64,000 bases of DNA from positions 17,112,001 to 17,176,000 of the forward strand of contig OX597815.1 in the NCBI GenBank assembly GCA_951406725.2. Direction: 5' to 3'. This document shows, piece after piece, positions 27,587 through 41,482 of the stretch; position 1 is the stretch's first letter; every line of letters starts with the position of its first letter. Below the pieces are notes generated by a model, which did no database searches, was not told the origin of the DNA, and saw only the letters and a program-made list of their open reading frames with translations. A program made the translations under genes and the position numbers. This DNA is from Octopus vulgaris (taxonomy: Eukaryota).

Positions 27587-28485
27587 TATATATATACACT
27601 CGTTATTCGCAAGCAAGTATGACTTAGTAATATGCACGATGTTTTCGTCACACGCGAATATACAAGTATACAGACATACATCTACATATAAACGAACGCA
27701 ACGGGCTTCTCCATGGTTTCTGTCTATGAAACTCCACTCACAAGGTAGTGTTTAGAAGACACTTGCTCAAAATACTTCACATTGTGATTGTACCCGCAAA
27801 AATAGTGGCAAAGCGAGTTTGTTAGCAGCATGACTAAATCTATATACTGGTTACCGAGTTTTATAAACCTGAAGAATGATTCCCAATCTGAATGCTTGGG
27901 GCCATTTTCCACTAACCCCAGCCCAAGTATTTTCATCATGCTGAGATGACAATAATCGTAGTGACACTTCGACTCATTCCAAACCATGGGAACGAAATTG
28001 AACTACACTTCGTACAGAAAACATGCTTTCAAAAGCTTCTCATGATTTCTAATATTATAGCAAATGCAGCGCGTGTACACATATTTCATTCATTGATGTA
28101 TTTATGTTTCTCAGATAGTGTTGTTGTTGTTAAGCAACAAGACGGGTAAGGGTGATTAGGTGATGGTCTAGGGCTTAGGGGCGGGAGACCCCAGACCTTG
28201 AAAAAAGAAAAAAAACAACTTTGGTCGTCTTGTTGTAGTCGAGGGCTCTTCGTTGACGCTCGACACCACTGGGAGGTGGCTCTCGAAGTCACTGGAAATG
28301 GAAATCTCCAGGTCCAAATTCTTGGACGGTCCCTGATGGTGTTGTGCAGACGTGTACCTCCTATACACAAAGTAAAAGGTATTGTGATATACTCGTTGAC
28401 ACCTTATCAAAACAATATGATACAAAAATACTGGGAACATAAATAAGTCGCACTACTTCCTCTATAAAAATACACGCTACCCATT

Positions 28486-28714
28486 CAACCCATTTGACAT
28501 TTTAGTATTTAAACCGCCATATCCAGCAAAACTATTCTACATGTTTTATGTTCATACTATCAGATTTGGCCTCTCACACCTACCATACAATGCCATTCTA
28601 AAAAATACAATCACCTCATTGAAATCTCAAAGCTACAAGGTAATGCATGATTAATTGAAAACAATCTGAATGAATAAGTATTTTTTAGAGTAATTTGAAT
28701 GCTAAACGGATTAA
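28486..28714. mobile_element. Decayed TTAA-type (piggyBac-like) MITE
   Basis: Homologous to 57112-57340, which ends AAAGGGTTAA. Confidence 0.55.
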
Positions 28715-29114
28715 CTACGCACACTGCTATACGGCTTTTGGTTACCTAGGCAACAGATCACGCGACTGCATTATCGATTAGCTGAGCCCTTCCTTAGTTG
28801 ACAAAGGAAGAATGCCAAGGTGCAATTTGCAAATCTGAATTGTTTCGAACTGAATTTAAGTAAAAAAATTATAGAAGTTCAAGAATAGAGTAAGGTCAAA
28901 TTTAATGGTGATGATTTAAGACAATATATTTCAAATTCGAATAACGAAATTCTCTAGAAAACACCCGCAAACGTCTCAGTAACGAAATCCTTGTTCATTA
29001 GTGTTATCAATTAACAAGGAACTATATACACACATAAATTGTTTGTAATGGAAATATATTGGTGCATCAGGCATGAGCAACTCAGAAGAATCACTTGTTA
29101 TATTTCCCTCAGGG

Positions 29115-29510
29115 AGGAATTACAACCAGTTAGCTAGGATCCAGTTAGCTCAAGACATCATCAGGAGGAACGAAGTCCGGTTTCGGCCCCTACTCCTCTA
29201 CCATTTTGACGTGGCGGGGCCCCACCCCTTTCGCATGTGTCTTCAGCTCTGGTGTTGGGTGCATGTCTTCTTCTTTCTTCTGTTCCCTGGCCTCTTCGAT
29301 GTATCGTCAGCGAGTGTCAGCCGGTGAATGACTGACTTGTCAAATTTTTCCCTTTATATACCTGCTGCTAGGCTCCAGCAGGCAGCCCCAGCAAGTTGTC
29401 ACGTGACACTGTCTCACCTTAACTGACTAGTGAAGGCGCGTAGTTTTAGCCCGCGCATTTTCTACACGACCGTCACCTGTCAGTCAGCGAAGCTGATTCA
29501 GTGTCAGCTT
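29115..29510 (-). mobile_element. Unclassified GC-richer interspersed repeat (LTR/leader-like)
   Basis: 29115-29270 recurs inverted at 56930-57068; minus-strand GTATATAAAGGG TATA-like box near 29350-29361. Confidence 0.55.
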
Positions 29511-29556
29511 GTCTCATCTATATTATGTGTTCTTGTTTTGCTTCACGTTGTCCCAG

Positions 29557-29664
29557 ATTCGAGGATCTATGTTCAAAGGCGTTGCAGCTATGCTCGTTGT
29601 GTCTTTCTTTCAGCCATTGCTTATTCAGAACAACATCCAGGACAATCCTTTGAGCTTTCAAGGT
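29557..29664 (+). CDS. Candidate 108-bp exon of an unidentified gene
   Basis: Pyrimidine-rich TCCCAG acceptor, consensus GTAAGT donor, two open frames; no homology recognised. Confidence 0.25.
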
Positions 29665-29751
29665 GTAAGTTATGCAATGAGGAAGATATACCTACTGTTT
29701 CTAACCGATTAACTGATTATATAGAAGCGTCCTCGTTGTTTTTATATTACA

Positions 29752-30128
29752 CTAGCAGTATCGCCGGCGTTGCTCGGGTTTGTAAGGGAAATAACTATAT
29801 AAGCATTTTTAGAGAGTTATAGCCAAAAAATAGCAAAAAATGCATTAAAAATGGAAAAAAATTATGGTAATTTTTTTAAAAAATCGTTGACTCATCGTAG
29901 ACATTTTTAGAGAGTTACTTCCCTTTATTTAAGAAATATGCGTTAAAATGGAAAAAAAATGATGTTAAATTATTTTTAAAATCGTAGACTCATCGTAGAC
30001 GCGCGCTAATACCCAGACTATAAGATACCCGAATTTGGTTAAATTGCACCGCAAAATGTGGGAGTAGTTAGGAATCTAAATCGTAGGAGACAGACACTCA
30101 CACAACTTCACTTTTATATATATATAGA
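29752..30128 (-). mobile_element. Non-autonomous Helitron-like element
   Basis: Minus strand A|TCTATATATATAAAA ... CTAG|T; AT target site, no TSD. Confidence 0.8.
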
Positions 30129-30627
30129 TATTTGTAAGTGGCGTATTTTGAAATGAAAATATTCTGATGTTGATTGAACAACTTCGGATGTACTCAGGTA
30201 TTTAATACGCCGTTGAGAATAACTTTTGACGAATATGATTAAATGCATATCTGAAAGGTGTTTTAAAGACAAGTAATCGATTTCTGTTGAATATATATAT
30301 TTAAAATTGGCGAAATCTAATCGCACAGTATTGATACTTTCGTATTACACACTTTTATTAGTTTTGATCGAAAGTGACTAGTTTTGAGGGAAGAATATTT
30401 TCCATGCGAAATTAACGCAAATATGGTTTGAGATTCTTTAGAGAACTGGGAAATTTGTTGCGCATACGCCAATACCAATTGTCTCAGCGTTCGATGAATT
30501 TCTCAGAAGAAGCATATTCGTTGAATTATACTAATGAAAAGAAGACGCATGGGTGACAGGCAAACCAAGTTATTCGGTCTGTCTGACAGCAAATAGATTG
30601 CACTTTTGTTTGTTTTTACAAGTATGT

Positions 30628-30677
30628 CTCTACTACTACTACTACTACTACTACTGCTACTACTACTACTACTACTG

Positions 30678-30775
<98 letters not shown>

Positions 30776-30904
30776 ACTGCTGCTGCTGCTACTGCTGCTG
30801 CTGCTGCTGCTGCTACTACTACTACTACTACTACTGCTGCTGATGCTGCTGCTGCTACTACTGCTACTACTACTACTGCTGCTGATGCTGCTGCTGCTCT
30901 GCTG

Positions 30905-30944
<40 letters not shown>

Positions 30945-30985
30945 GCTGCTGCTGCTGCTGCTGCTGCTGGCTGCTACTGCTGCTG

Positions 30986-31020
<35 letters not shown>

Positions 31021-31057
31021 ACTAGCACAGCAGCAGCTGCAGCAGCAGCAGCAGCAG

Positions 31058-31142
<85 letters not shown>

Positions 31143-31152
31143 GCAGCGCAGC

Positions 31153-31198
<46 letters not shown>

Positions 31199-31202
31199 TT
31201 GG

Positions 31203-31249
<47 letters not shown>

Positions 31250-31285
31250 CAGCACTCACTGCTGCTGCTGCTGCTGCTGCTGCTG

Positions 31286-31344
<59 letters not shown>

Positions 31345-31349
31345 ACTAT

Positions 31350-31381
<32 letters not shown>
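30628..31381. repeat. Large (CTA)n/(CTG)n trinucleotide array with an internal inverted (CAG)n block
   Basis: Directly visible; CAG block at about 31024-31058. Confidence 0.98.
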
Positions 31382-31784
31382 GATTTTAAGAGGCAATAGA
31401 GTGACATTTTCTTTTACCCTTCATGCTCTTCTATTATATAGTCTATTTTCTCTGCTTTTCTCCACAGTCGTACTAATGTCACTTTTGATATAGTGGCCAT
31501 TTTCAAATATACCAACATTGACACATGCATCATAATTATATTGTTCTGGTTGTTACTGTTGTTGTTGTCGTAATTATTAATGTTATTGACGTTATGTTAG
31601 AAAATGTTCTCTACAGCGAAAATGCTGGATTTTCTTTACTCCCGTCAACAACTAGTATTTTTATCTGTTTATGATCTTTCATTCAATACATATGAAAAGT
31701 AATTCCTTCCTTGAAGGTAGATAAAATAATTTCCAACAAACTCAAGAAATTGGGGGCAAGTAACACACAAGTGCATTCAAGTTT

Positions 31785-32365
31785 TGACACAAAGCCAGCA
31801 ATTTCGGGGGAGGAGGTAAATCGATTACATCTACCCCAGTGTTCAAATGGTACTTAATTTATCGACCCCGAAAGTATGAAAGGCAAAGTCGACCTCAGCA
31901 GAATTTGAACTGAGAATGTAATGACGGTGAGATGTTGCTAAACATTTTGCCCGGCCTGCTAACGATTCTGCCTGCTCATTGTCTTCACACACAACGAAAT
32001 TGTAACAAGTATAAAAACGTAAATACTGCATAATTAAATCGCCTCCATAATCTTTATAATGAGATTAAATTAAGAACTCTGACCTTCAATAATGGAGGAA
32101 GCTTCAGCAAAACTGACTCAATCTGTTGATAATATCTCCTTGCGTTCGAAGGCGGAGAGCTGGCAGAATCGTTAGCACATCGGACAAAATGCTTAGCAGT
32201 ATTTCGTCCGTCTTTACGTTCTGTGTTCAAATTCTGCCAAGAATGACGTTGCCTTTCACCCTTCGAGTTAGATAAAATAAGTACCTGTTAAACATTGGGG
32301 TCAATGTAATTGACTTAAACACGTCTCCGAAATTTCTGGACTTCTGACAAAATTTGAAACCAATA
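31785..32365. mobile_element. Two older SINE family B-related copies (31785-31975 minus, 32150-32365 plus), alternative tail
   Basis: Diverged Deu/Nin-like domain; tail of the CCCCCGAAATTGCTGGC type. Confidence 0.75.
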
Positions 32366-32630
32366 TTTCCTGGTGTGAGCGCGTTAGCATTGTTTCTGTT
32401 GTTGTTGATGTTTCTTTTTGTGCCGTCAACGAAAGAGTTCCCAGAATATACCCCAAAACATATTTCTTTTCCCCACAAAGGCAAAATTTTGGCAGCTTAG
32501 AATTGTTGTCATTCTGCTTCGCAATGGAAGAAATGCTGTTTTCACATTTGCTTGGAAAGGCTTTGTATACTGTGCTCGACGACAAAATGAATAAAGTCGA
32601 ACAAAATATTAAAAAAGTTTTTATACGACA

Positions 32631-32925
32631 TCTACATATATAAAGCTGAAGTTGTCTGTGTGTGTGTGGCAGGTTTGGTAGCTTCTATGAAAATCCCTAT
32701 TTTTTACGATTTGTTTTTTACTGCTGTGTCACCATTTTTTGGTGTATTTCAACCAGAAAATAATCACTTAAAGAGAATAACAAGCTACATAATGCAAAAC
32801 TTTTACTTTTCAAAAATTCCAATTCTAAAGGGACGAAAACAATTTTTTTGTGATGTCATTGGTTTTGATCGAACGACGGATCAGGTGATCCAATGCAGAG
32901 GAGTAATGTTCGCTGCGTGAATGCA
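32631..32925 (+). mobile_element. Helitron-like 5' portion
   Basis: A|TCTACATATATAAAGCTGAAGTTGTCTGTG resembles the 5' ends of the other Helitron copies; no clear CTAG end. Confidence 0.4.
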
Positions 32926-33131
32926 CTAATACTAATAAATTATAAGTATACTTATCTTTTCTAGAACATATGTGAAACGTCCTTGAATGACCAACGCTAA
33001 ATCAGTGTCCTTGTAATACAGTGCATAAAGGTATTTTGTACATGATTAATATTCTCCATCATTGGAGCTGCGGTCTTCTGTTCGGTATCTCGGGCAACAA
33101 AAGTAGGAGTAACGTTTATGCTTTGTTCATT

Positions 33132-33175
33132 ACTCTGATGAAGTTCACGCTGAACTCGAAACACTTGCTTAGATT
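33132..33175 (+). ncRNA. Degenerate hammerhead motif
   Basis: CUGAUGA AGUUCA cgc UGAACU C GAAAC; perfect 6-bp stem II, decayed stems I and III. Confidence 0.45.
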
Positions 33176-34951
33176 AGCTCAGGCTGAGCATCGTTCTCAG
33201 CAGCTCTTGCAGCTCGTGCAGTTGTAGCTTTTCGGTGAAGACGAATTCTACGCCGATTATTTTTGTCTTCAGCTTGTACATCTGCATTAATCGTTGCATT
33301 TCTTTCATTCTGATGTCGAACATTTTTCGTTAATCAGCGCAGCCTGTGGGAATGCAGCTGCTGAGGTATAACTGCTGCCTTGAATCGATGTCTCGTCATC
33401 ATTCTCAGTTGAATGAGAAGATGCAATGGTAACGGCGTTTCTTTTTCGTCGGTTTAAGTGATTCTTATTTGTGGGTATGGCAGTCGTAGCAGTTGTGCGA
33501 TCTGCATTCTGTTACTATCTACGATGTTCAAGTCAAACCTTCAATGGGTATACTTTGATTTTACAGATTTGTTTTAGTTATATGTGATGTAAAATAGTCG
33601 ATTTTATTAATTTTACAGGTAAAACTACAATTGATGTTGCCCACCCGTTTGGCTTCAAAATAACATTTTTTCTTTTTTTGTAATCACAAACTGTTCTTAC
33701 TAACGTTTTGAATTTTCCTGTACTTTTTCTTAATGAAATCTGTTGCAGTGTTAACTTCTTAATAGATTTATTATTATAGATCATGTCTTGGAATTTCTTC
33801 GGGAAAAGAATGCTACAAAGAAGAACAATAAGATTGACGTCTCTTTGACATGCAAGCTTTTCACAGTAGTTTTTAATTGACATTGCCAGAGTTGGATGAT
33901 CAGCGCCTAAGACCTTCATCAAGGACTCTGAGACTGTAGAAGAAAGACTGATCTGGTTGCTTATAAAAGGAATAACTCCACTGAAATTGCCCTTAGGCTA
34001 GGTGGTGTTTAAACGGGCGAAACATTAAAGTTATCACCCAAAAAGAAAATCAGTTATAATCACTCCGACAGACTTTTACAAAGTTTGTGCCGATTAAATT
34101 TTAATCAAATGGTTTTAGTTGATTCGAAGCTACGGTAAAAAAAGACCTTCAAAAGTTGCAGCACATTACGATCGAACCAGGGATCCATTAGTTGCAAAGG
34201 GAAGCTGTTGTCCCTTTAGCCATTCTTGCATTCATAGTAAGACTTATAAAGCAACGTTATGTTAAATAGGAAGCCAAGAGAACTTTAAAAATATGCTGAA
34301 TAGTTTGTTTCTATGTTGAGCATGTAGCAATCGTATCATAAAATTTGTCGTGTGATACTTAAGAAATTATTTATCACATATTGCATGATGTGATTGCTGC
34401 TCATTTCTCTGAAATAATTTATCCTAGGATTGGACGTACTGGAGCGAAAACTGCCATTTGAAGGAAAATTAACTAGATTGATTTGAGAATCCATCATTAA
34501 AAAAAACCAAACAAATTACCATTTTGTCAATAATGTTATCATTAAAGGCAATTTATCAGTAAATTTCGGAAATTTCCGCAAACCAAAAGATATTTAATAT
34601 ATAAAAAGAAATACCTTCAGCTCATATTTGTATTTTCAACTTAAATCACATTTTTAATTGCTCCATAGTATGAAGGTTTAGTGTGAGATGACTGCTGATT
34701 CAGTCAATGTTATTCTACACTACTCTAAAATACAAAACCCAACCAATGGGAGAGAATCTACTTGGTCGATAGACCTAAAAGAAATAACAGTCGGAATTGT
34801 TTCAGATCACATGCTGCCGTCTGAAATGGGGACAAACATTCGGGCCTGTGTAGTCTTAGCTTCCCCACACAAGACGGATGACCCCGATTGGATAATGATC
34901 ACAGTCTTGCTAAATTATGCCTTCCTACAGTTAAATAATAGCAACACGACA

Positions 34952-35003
<52 letters not shown>

Positions 35004-35501
35004 TCACACACACTCACGCGCGCACGTAGTCTCATATTCACACACATCTATATGTATAAAGGTCGGTGTTCCTGTTTATTGGATTAACGTTGCCATTTCA
35101 CATCCAACATTTTCCCGAATTCCAGATTAATTTCCAGATGTCGGCCTCAATAATAATGCATGAACAAAATATCCCCGTGTCCGAAATTCTCCTTGGGATA
35201 AAATACAAACGGGTGAAGAAAAGAGACGTAGAGAGAGAGTGAAAGTCGTGTCGCGGCGTATCCGAGTAGGATTACTAGTGAGAGGTACAGAAACACAGAA
35301 ACACTGTTACTTTGTTTTACCTGGCACATTATGTAGTTTTTCATTGTTTTCATGAACAGAGGCTTTGAAAATAATTATCAGAACAGATGTGAAGGAAACG
35401 GTCTTCCTAACACACACCTGCTGTCGTATGACAAAACTAAACGCTCGAAGTTAATAAAAACAACAACAAAACAATCTAGTATTTCTCATAAATAAATAAA
35501 T

Positions 35502-35587
<86 letters not shown>

Positions 35588-35794
35588 GTTATAGCAGATA
35601 ATGGTGTCATTGAGACCCAAAGGTGTCTGGTAATGCTGAATATGCTACAGACAGACCATAGTTAAGACCATAGATTCGGTAATATTGCAAATAAAGGGTT
35701 CAACGTTGGTTCAGTCAGCGTGTGCATATAAGAATGCTTTGCGTAATAAGATAAAAAAACCATCGAAACTAACTATGACTTAATTTCTCACACC

Positions 35795-35848
35795 GTCTCC
35801 GATGAAGGGATATTATTAATTAATATTCTAGAAACAGCTGTTAATACC
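35795..35848 (+). ncRNA. Degenerate hammerhead motif in a Penelope-like fragment
   Basis: CCGAUGA AGGG AUAUUA uuaau UAAUAU UCUA GAAAC AGCU GUU. Confidence 0.4.
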
Positions 35849-35930
35849 TTCTATCTATAAATGCTCTAATATCTATCTTATTTCGCAAAAATTTCTTATG
35901 TATATATATATATATATTATTTATATAAAG

Positions 35931-36140
35931 CTAATTCAAACATGAAAACACAAAGAGAAAACACAACAACGCGAGGACGTGGAACAAGTATAATATTATT
36001 GGACGCTCAGGAAAGAAGGAAAGAAGGTGGGTATAACGTTTCGAGCGGAGCTCTTCGTCAGAAACACAGGAAAAGGAAAGGTCCCAAAAAGGGAAGATGG
36101 AGGGAAAAAAAATCGCCAACGGTACGCACGCGGTCACATT
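35931..36140 (-). mobile_element. Penelope-type terminal repeat with a minimal hammerhead (36030-36066)
   Basis: Minus strand: GUUU CUGACGA A GAGC ucc GCUC GAAAC GUUA; inverted copy at 37397-37607. Confidence 0.75.
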
Positions 36141-36537
36141 GGGTATGTACCCACGCTTGTATGGGTGTACCTACTCTGATATTCATATTTAATTTAGTTT
36201 GTATTTCATAATCTCCGAAGAGGCCTTGGGATATTTTTGTAAGTGTCTCATTTATAACTACATATTGACCTATCACACATGGCTAATATGAGCAAAATTA
36301 GACACCCATATCTGCATGGCCGAATCAGCTGTAAGATGTAGTTTATATTTATATTTATATTTTCATATTCTCTTATACATACTGTACTTATTGTACCATA
36401 TTAATCCTTCATGTACACTGTTTTGTTCTATATTAATATGTTTGATCTTAATGTTCATATATAGTGGTTTAGTAAATTATGTGATTGGGTATTATCTGGT
36501 AGTTGATAATTGATTTAGATGTATTTCTCCATTTTCT

Positions 36538-36618
<81 letters not shown>

Positions 36619-36620
<2 letters not shown>

Positions 36621-36897
36621 GAGGCGCAATGGCCTAGTGGTTAGGGCATCGGACTCGCGGTCGTAGGGCGTTGTGAGTGTTTATTGAGCGAAAACACCTA
36701 AAGCTCCACGAGGCTCCGGCAGAGGGTGGTGGCGATCCCTGCTGTACTCTTTCGCCACGACTTTCTCTCACTCTTTCTTCTGTTGGCCTGCTCGCTTAGC
36801 CAGCGGGGTGGCGTCATTTGAAGGCTAAAACAATGAGAAGCGCATTGTGACCAGCGATGTGTAACAACATCTGATGGCCTGGTCGGTCACGGTGATC

Positions 36898-36902
<5 letters not shown>
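36619..36902 (+). mobile_element. SINE family C in (TA)n, with a B-box deletion
   Basis: Homologous to 27286-27586. Confidence 0.88.
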
Positions 36903-36930
<28 letters not shown>

Positions 36931-36935
<5 letters not shown>

Positions 36936-37143
36936 AGGGTACAATATGCACTATATGTAAACACGCACGGAGAATATAGCAAATATAGTTAGAAATAGTC
37001 TTCCCATTTCTAAAAATACAAATAGGAGTGCAGACATCCTAGTATCAATTGATCTTGCTTTCTGTGTCGAGCCAACACTTAAAGCTCATCAATAATTTGG
37101 AGAGTTTCTAGCAAACAGGTGCGTATTGTACCCTGAGTCTTAA
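36931..37143. mobile_element. About 210-bp element with about 20-bp terminal inverted repeats
   Basis: TCAGGGTACAATATGCAC ... GTGCGTATTGTACCCTGA, flanked by TA runs. Confidence 0.6.
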
Positions 37144-37227
37144 TATATAATTTGCATATGTGGATTACATTTGCTGACCACTTTATCATTAAGTTTTTAA
37201 AGATAATAACGTATTTGAATTTTGTGC

Positions 37228-37395
<168 letters not shown>

Positions 37396-37396
37396 A

Positions 37397-37607
37397 TATG
37401 ACCGCGTGTGTACCGTTTGCGATGTTTTTCCTCCGCCTTCCCTTCCTTGAATCTTTCCTTTTCCTATGTTTCTGACGAAGAGCTCCGCTCGAAGCGTTAA
37501 ATCATCCTTCTTTCTTTCCTTTCCTGAGCGTCCAATAACACTGTACCTGTTTCAAGTCCTCGCGTTGTTGTGTTTTCTCTTTGTGTTTTCATGTTTGGAT
37601 TAACTTT
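37397..37607 (+). mobile_element. Penelope-type terminal repeat with a mutated minimal hammerhead (37467-37503)
   Basis: GTTTCTGACGAAGAGCTCCGCTCGAAGCGTTAAA; inverted homologue of 35931-36140. Confidence 0.75.
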
Positions 37608-38607
37608 ATATATGTATATGAGAGAGACAGAAATAGAGGGGGATTCTACAACATGCACAGAAACATCATAGACCGCATCTAAACGTAAAGATTGATTGAT
37701 AAAAGCTTCCTCGCCAAAAACACTATTATACTAGCTAACAGAGGACTGTTCTCTCTGTCTTTTCTACAGTTAGTTTACTAATACGACTCCACTCTCTGAA
37801 CTAAGGTGTTTCATACCATCTGAATAAAGTCTACCTGATACATACTGACCACGCTCGTCATCTCAATCGTAAAACCGTAGTTGTTTCACATCATGCGTAC
37901 CTCGATGGGACAGACCTAAAGTTAAAGGCGTTTCAAACGTGACCTTACCGACGTATTGTCTAATTAAGTTGACAATGTGTCATTCTTATTTTAAGAGAGC
38001 ACCGCATAATTTCACTGCTATTTCATGCCAGTCAAGAAACAATTTAAAGGCTCCTTCGTTGCCTCTTTTTCTACCCATTCACTGGATGGGGATTAAATTG
38101 GGCCGTAACTGATTTTCCTACGCACGTCGAAATTAAAGAAGTGGAAGGTATACATCAACCGCGCCAAACTCACCAATCAGACGCATCCTTTTATTCCTAC
38201 ATTGACAAATAATAGTCTCTAACATAACCGAGCCCAATAACTGACGGCTACTAGTTATTTTAGCAACTCCAGGAGAATGGAAGATGAAGGTGACTTCAAC
38301 TGAACTCAGAATATAAAAGGAAGTAACTAAAATATCACTAATTCGGCCAAACCCTTCTTTTCCTAATATTAAATATTGAAAAAGAAACCAAGTTCTGTCT
38401 GTTTTCTCCAAGTATGTACGATCTGTTAAAAATCAATATCTACTGTGCTCTACATAACTGATTATCGTTAGCCTCAGTTCTACAACTACTCAATTTTAAC
38501 TCGAAATTGTTTCATGTTGTACACCACAGCATTCTCTGGTTTCTTTGGAAGGCTGTTGTAGCATGTTAGATGAGAAAAGATTGCTAGACTCTAGCTTAAC
38601 TCCGCCA

Positions 38608-38652
<45 letters not shown>

Positions 38653-39036
38653 AGTGTGTGTGTGTACACATACATATTGCTTATATATATATATATACAC
38701 ACACACACATACATATTGAGAAAACATTGGGAGAGAGAGAGAGAGAGAAGAGCTTGAAAGAAAAAGGGTGTAGGATAAGAATTGACCTCACTACTTTATA
38801 AATATTTTATCGACTCTGGAAAGATGAAAGGCACAGTTGACCTTGGCGAGATTTGAACCCAGAACGCAAATAACCGGAACAGTTACCGCAAAGTGTTTGT
38901 TTGTCCGATGCTCTAATGATTCCGCCAATCGACTGACATAGATATTCAATACTTTCTGAAAAAAAAAAACCCTTAAAAAACCCCCCAAAAAAAACCACAA
39001 ACAAAACAGAAAATAATAATAGTGATGATGATGATG

Positions 39037-39083
<47 letters not shown>

Positions 39084-39763
39084 CTACATCGTTTAAATTA
39101 TCTTCCTCATTTGTCTTTCCAACTCTACAATTCCTTGTCCCTCAGCAACCAAGCGTTATTAGAAATACTATATTCCCCACAGTCGATGTTGCCGAAATTA
39201 AAACGATGCTGCTTTCGATATCATTTGGTATACACAAAACACCGTATCAGTAAATAGTCGTACATATCATATATGCACACAGACATACACTCATCATAAT
39301 CGCACGAACTCTGTGAATACAATAAACACTGCTAAGCATTATACATTGCTTTCTCTTTTTAAACCAATATCGGTCCATCTTTCTGTAGTGTATTTAAACG
39401 CTCACGATACAGAATGATAAAGTAACTTTTTAACATGTGAAGCTATTGTGTATGAGTCATAGTAAGACTATTTTATACATAAATGATCTCTCAATGTAGA
39501 TCCCCTAAGCTCTTCATAATTTTATTTGAATAGCTAGAATGAATTGCGTAAAATAAATATGAGTGAAGTGTCTGCCGTTGAAAGGTTGTTAAAGAACCAG
39601 AAAGTAGTCGTGTGAAAGACGTGCAATTCAGTGGAAAGAAATAATGCAGAAAAGTTAAATGCAGCATCCTGGGGAATTTCTGATATCAGAATGAAATTTA
39701 GTCTTTGTAAGAATATTTTCTGAAATAAATGAAATGTGATACTAAAAGCGGAGCTCTGAAGTG

Positions 39764-39815
<52 letters not shown>

Positions 39816-39896
39816 GCACGCACGCACACACACACACACAGACAAACGCACGCTGACCCCCCACACACAAACGCATGCGCGCACACACACACACTC

Positions 39897-39975
<79 letters not shown>

Positions 39976-41231
39976 AGGCGATCCATTTGCTGTCAACACC
40001 TGTTAAAAAGAGGACTGGGCATGCCGTGGTTGATGATGCGCAGAGGGGAGCTGATTCTGCGACATCTCCGGCTCTACGTAGACGACGGTGAACAGGTGTG
40101 GTCGCCGTTTGTGAGGCACGCATTCCCGCAGCTCATCACCATGACCGAACTGCAGTCGTGGATCAAAAAGAGGCTGAGGAAGGGCGAATGGTACCGCGAG
40201 TGTCACATTGCTCTCAAGCAACTATGCCGTCCCGGGTCGACCTTGAGCGATTTCAACACAACCAAAGCATTCTATAGGGGATTAGTGGAGGGGAGGTACG
40301 ACGACGATCTCGCGGCGAACCTGGTCGTCGACGAGGAGTACCTGACCCGCCTGTTCAAGACGACTTTCAGGCCAGGACCTATGGACAACTTCCAGAGATC
40401 CCTGGCCTGGCAGTGCTACCGAGAAGCGCTACCCGTTCGGGATAAGCTCTATAGACACGGCTCGAGAAACACGGGGCCGACCTGTCCGAGATACGGTCAG
40501 AGCGACGAAACCGTTCTGCACGCACTCGTGCAGTGTTCAACCATTTCCGACCTATGGGCTTATGTTGAACGACTGCTGTCACGTGTGGGACAAGTCGGTT
40601 TATCAGCCGATTCTATCCCCAATATCGTCACGCCTCCTTCCTTCAAACGGGAAGGAAGAGCTATATTCATCATTTTTGTGGCTATGGCGAAAGAATGTAT
40701 CTGGTGGACGCGTCTGAAAGGATTAGAGACAAGCACTTTACTCTCTGGTCAATCTCTCATCAACTTCTTCAAGTATCACTTGAAATGGAAAGTGAGAGTA
40801 GAGAGGCAAGTTTTGTCTAGCGAATATTTCCAAAAATGATGGGTGAATGTAGCAAGGATGGCACGTATGAATGACGAAGTCACCTTGAGCATAATCCTAT
40901 GAACACGGAAAATTTATAACAGAGAGTCACTTACTTGCAAATAAATGTGTTAACATGTGACATTATTGACCAAGGTTACCGTGGTCTTTTCCGTAGGCTT
41001 TTCTTTCCACGGATAAACCTTATCTGCTTCCCCCTTTACACTTTACATCATGACGTTTCTTTGATAACGATCCCTACTGATAATTTTTCCCTCTCTTTTT
41101 ACGATCCCTTTTGATTGAAAACCTACCTCCTTTTTATTTTTTCTTTTTATTTTTCTTTTCATTTTTTCTCCCCCAAAAGAAAAGCTCTACTTGTCCCTAT
41201 GTGTTCAGCCCTGTGTGGCTAATAAAGAAAC
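39976..41231 (+). mobile_element. Tx1/L1-clade LINE 3' portion, second copy, within (ATCT)n
   Basis: ORF 40021-40839 is collinear with the 4584 copy; zf-RVT has a C-to-Y change; same AATAAAGAAAC end. Confidence 0.9.
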
Positions 41232-41306
<75 letters not shown>

Positions 41307-41348
41307 GTCTGTCTACTTACCTACCTAACTACCGACCTATCTATCTCT

Positions 41349-41380
<32 letters not shown>

Positions 41381-41426
41381 CGCACACACATACGAGCCTA
41401 CATACACGCATATATATTTTACATGC

Positions 41427-41482
<56 letters not shown>

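Noticed and set aside
30553-31407. PolyQ/polyS/polyA/polyL ORFs
   Set aside because: These are translations of a pure trinucleotide array with no flanking coding sequence
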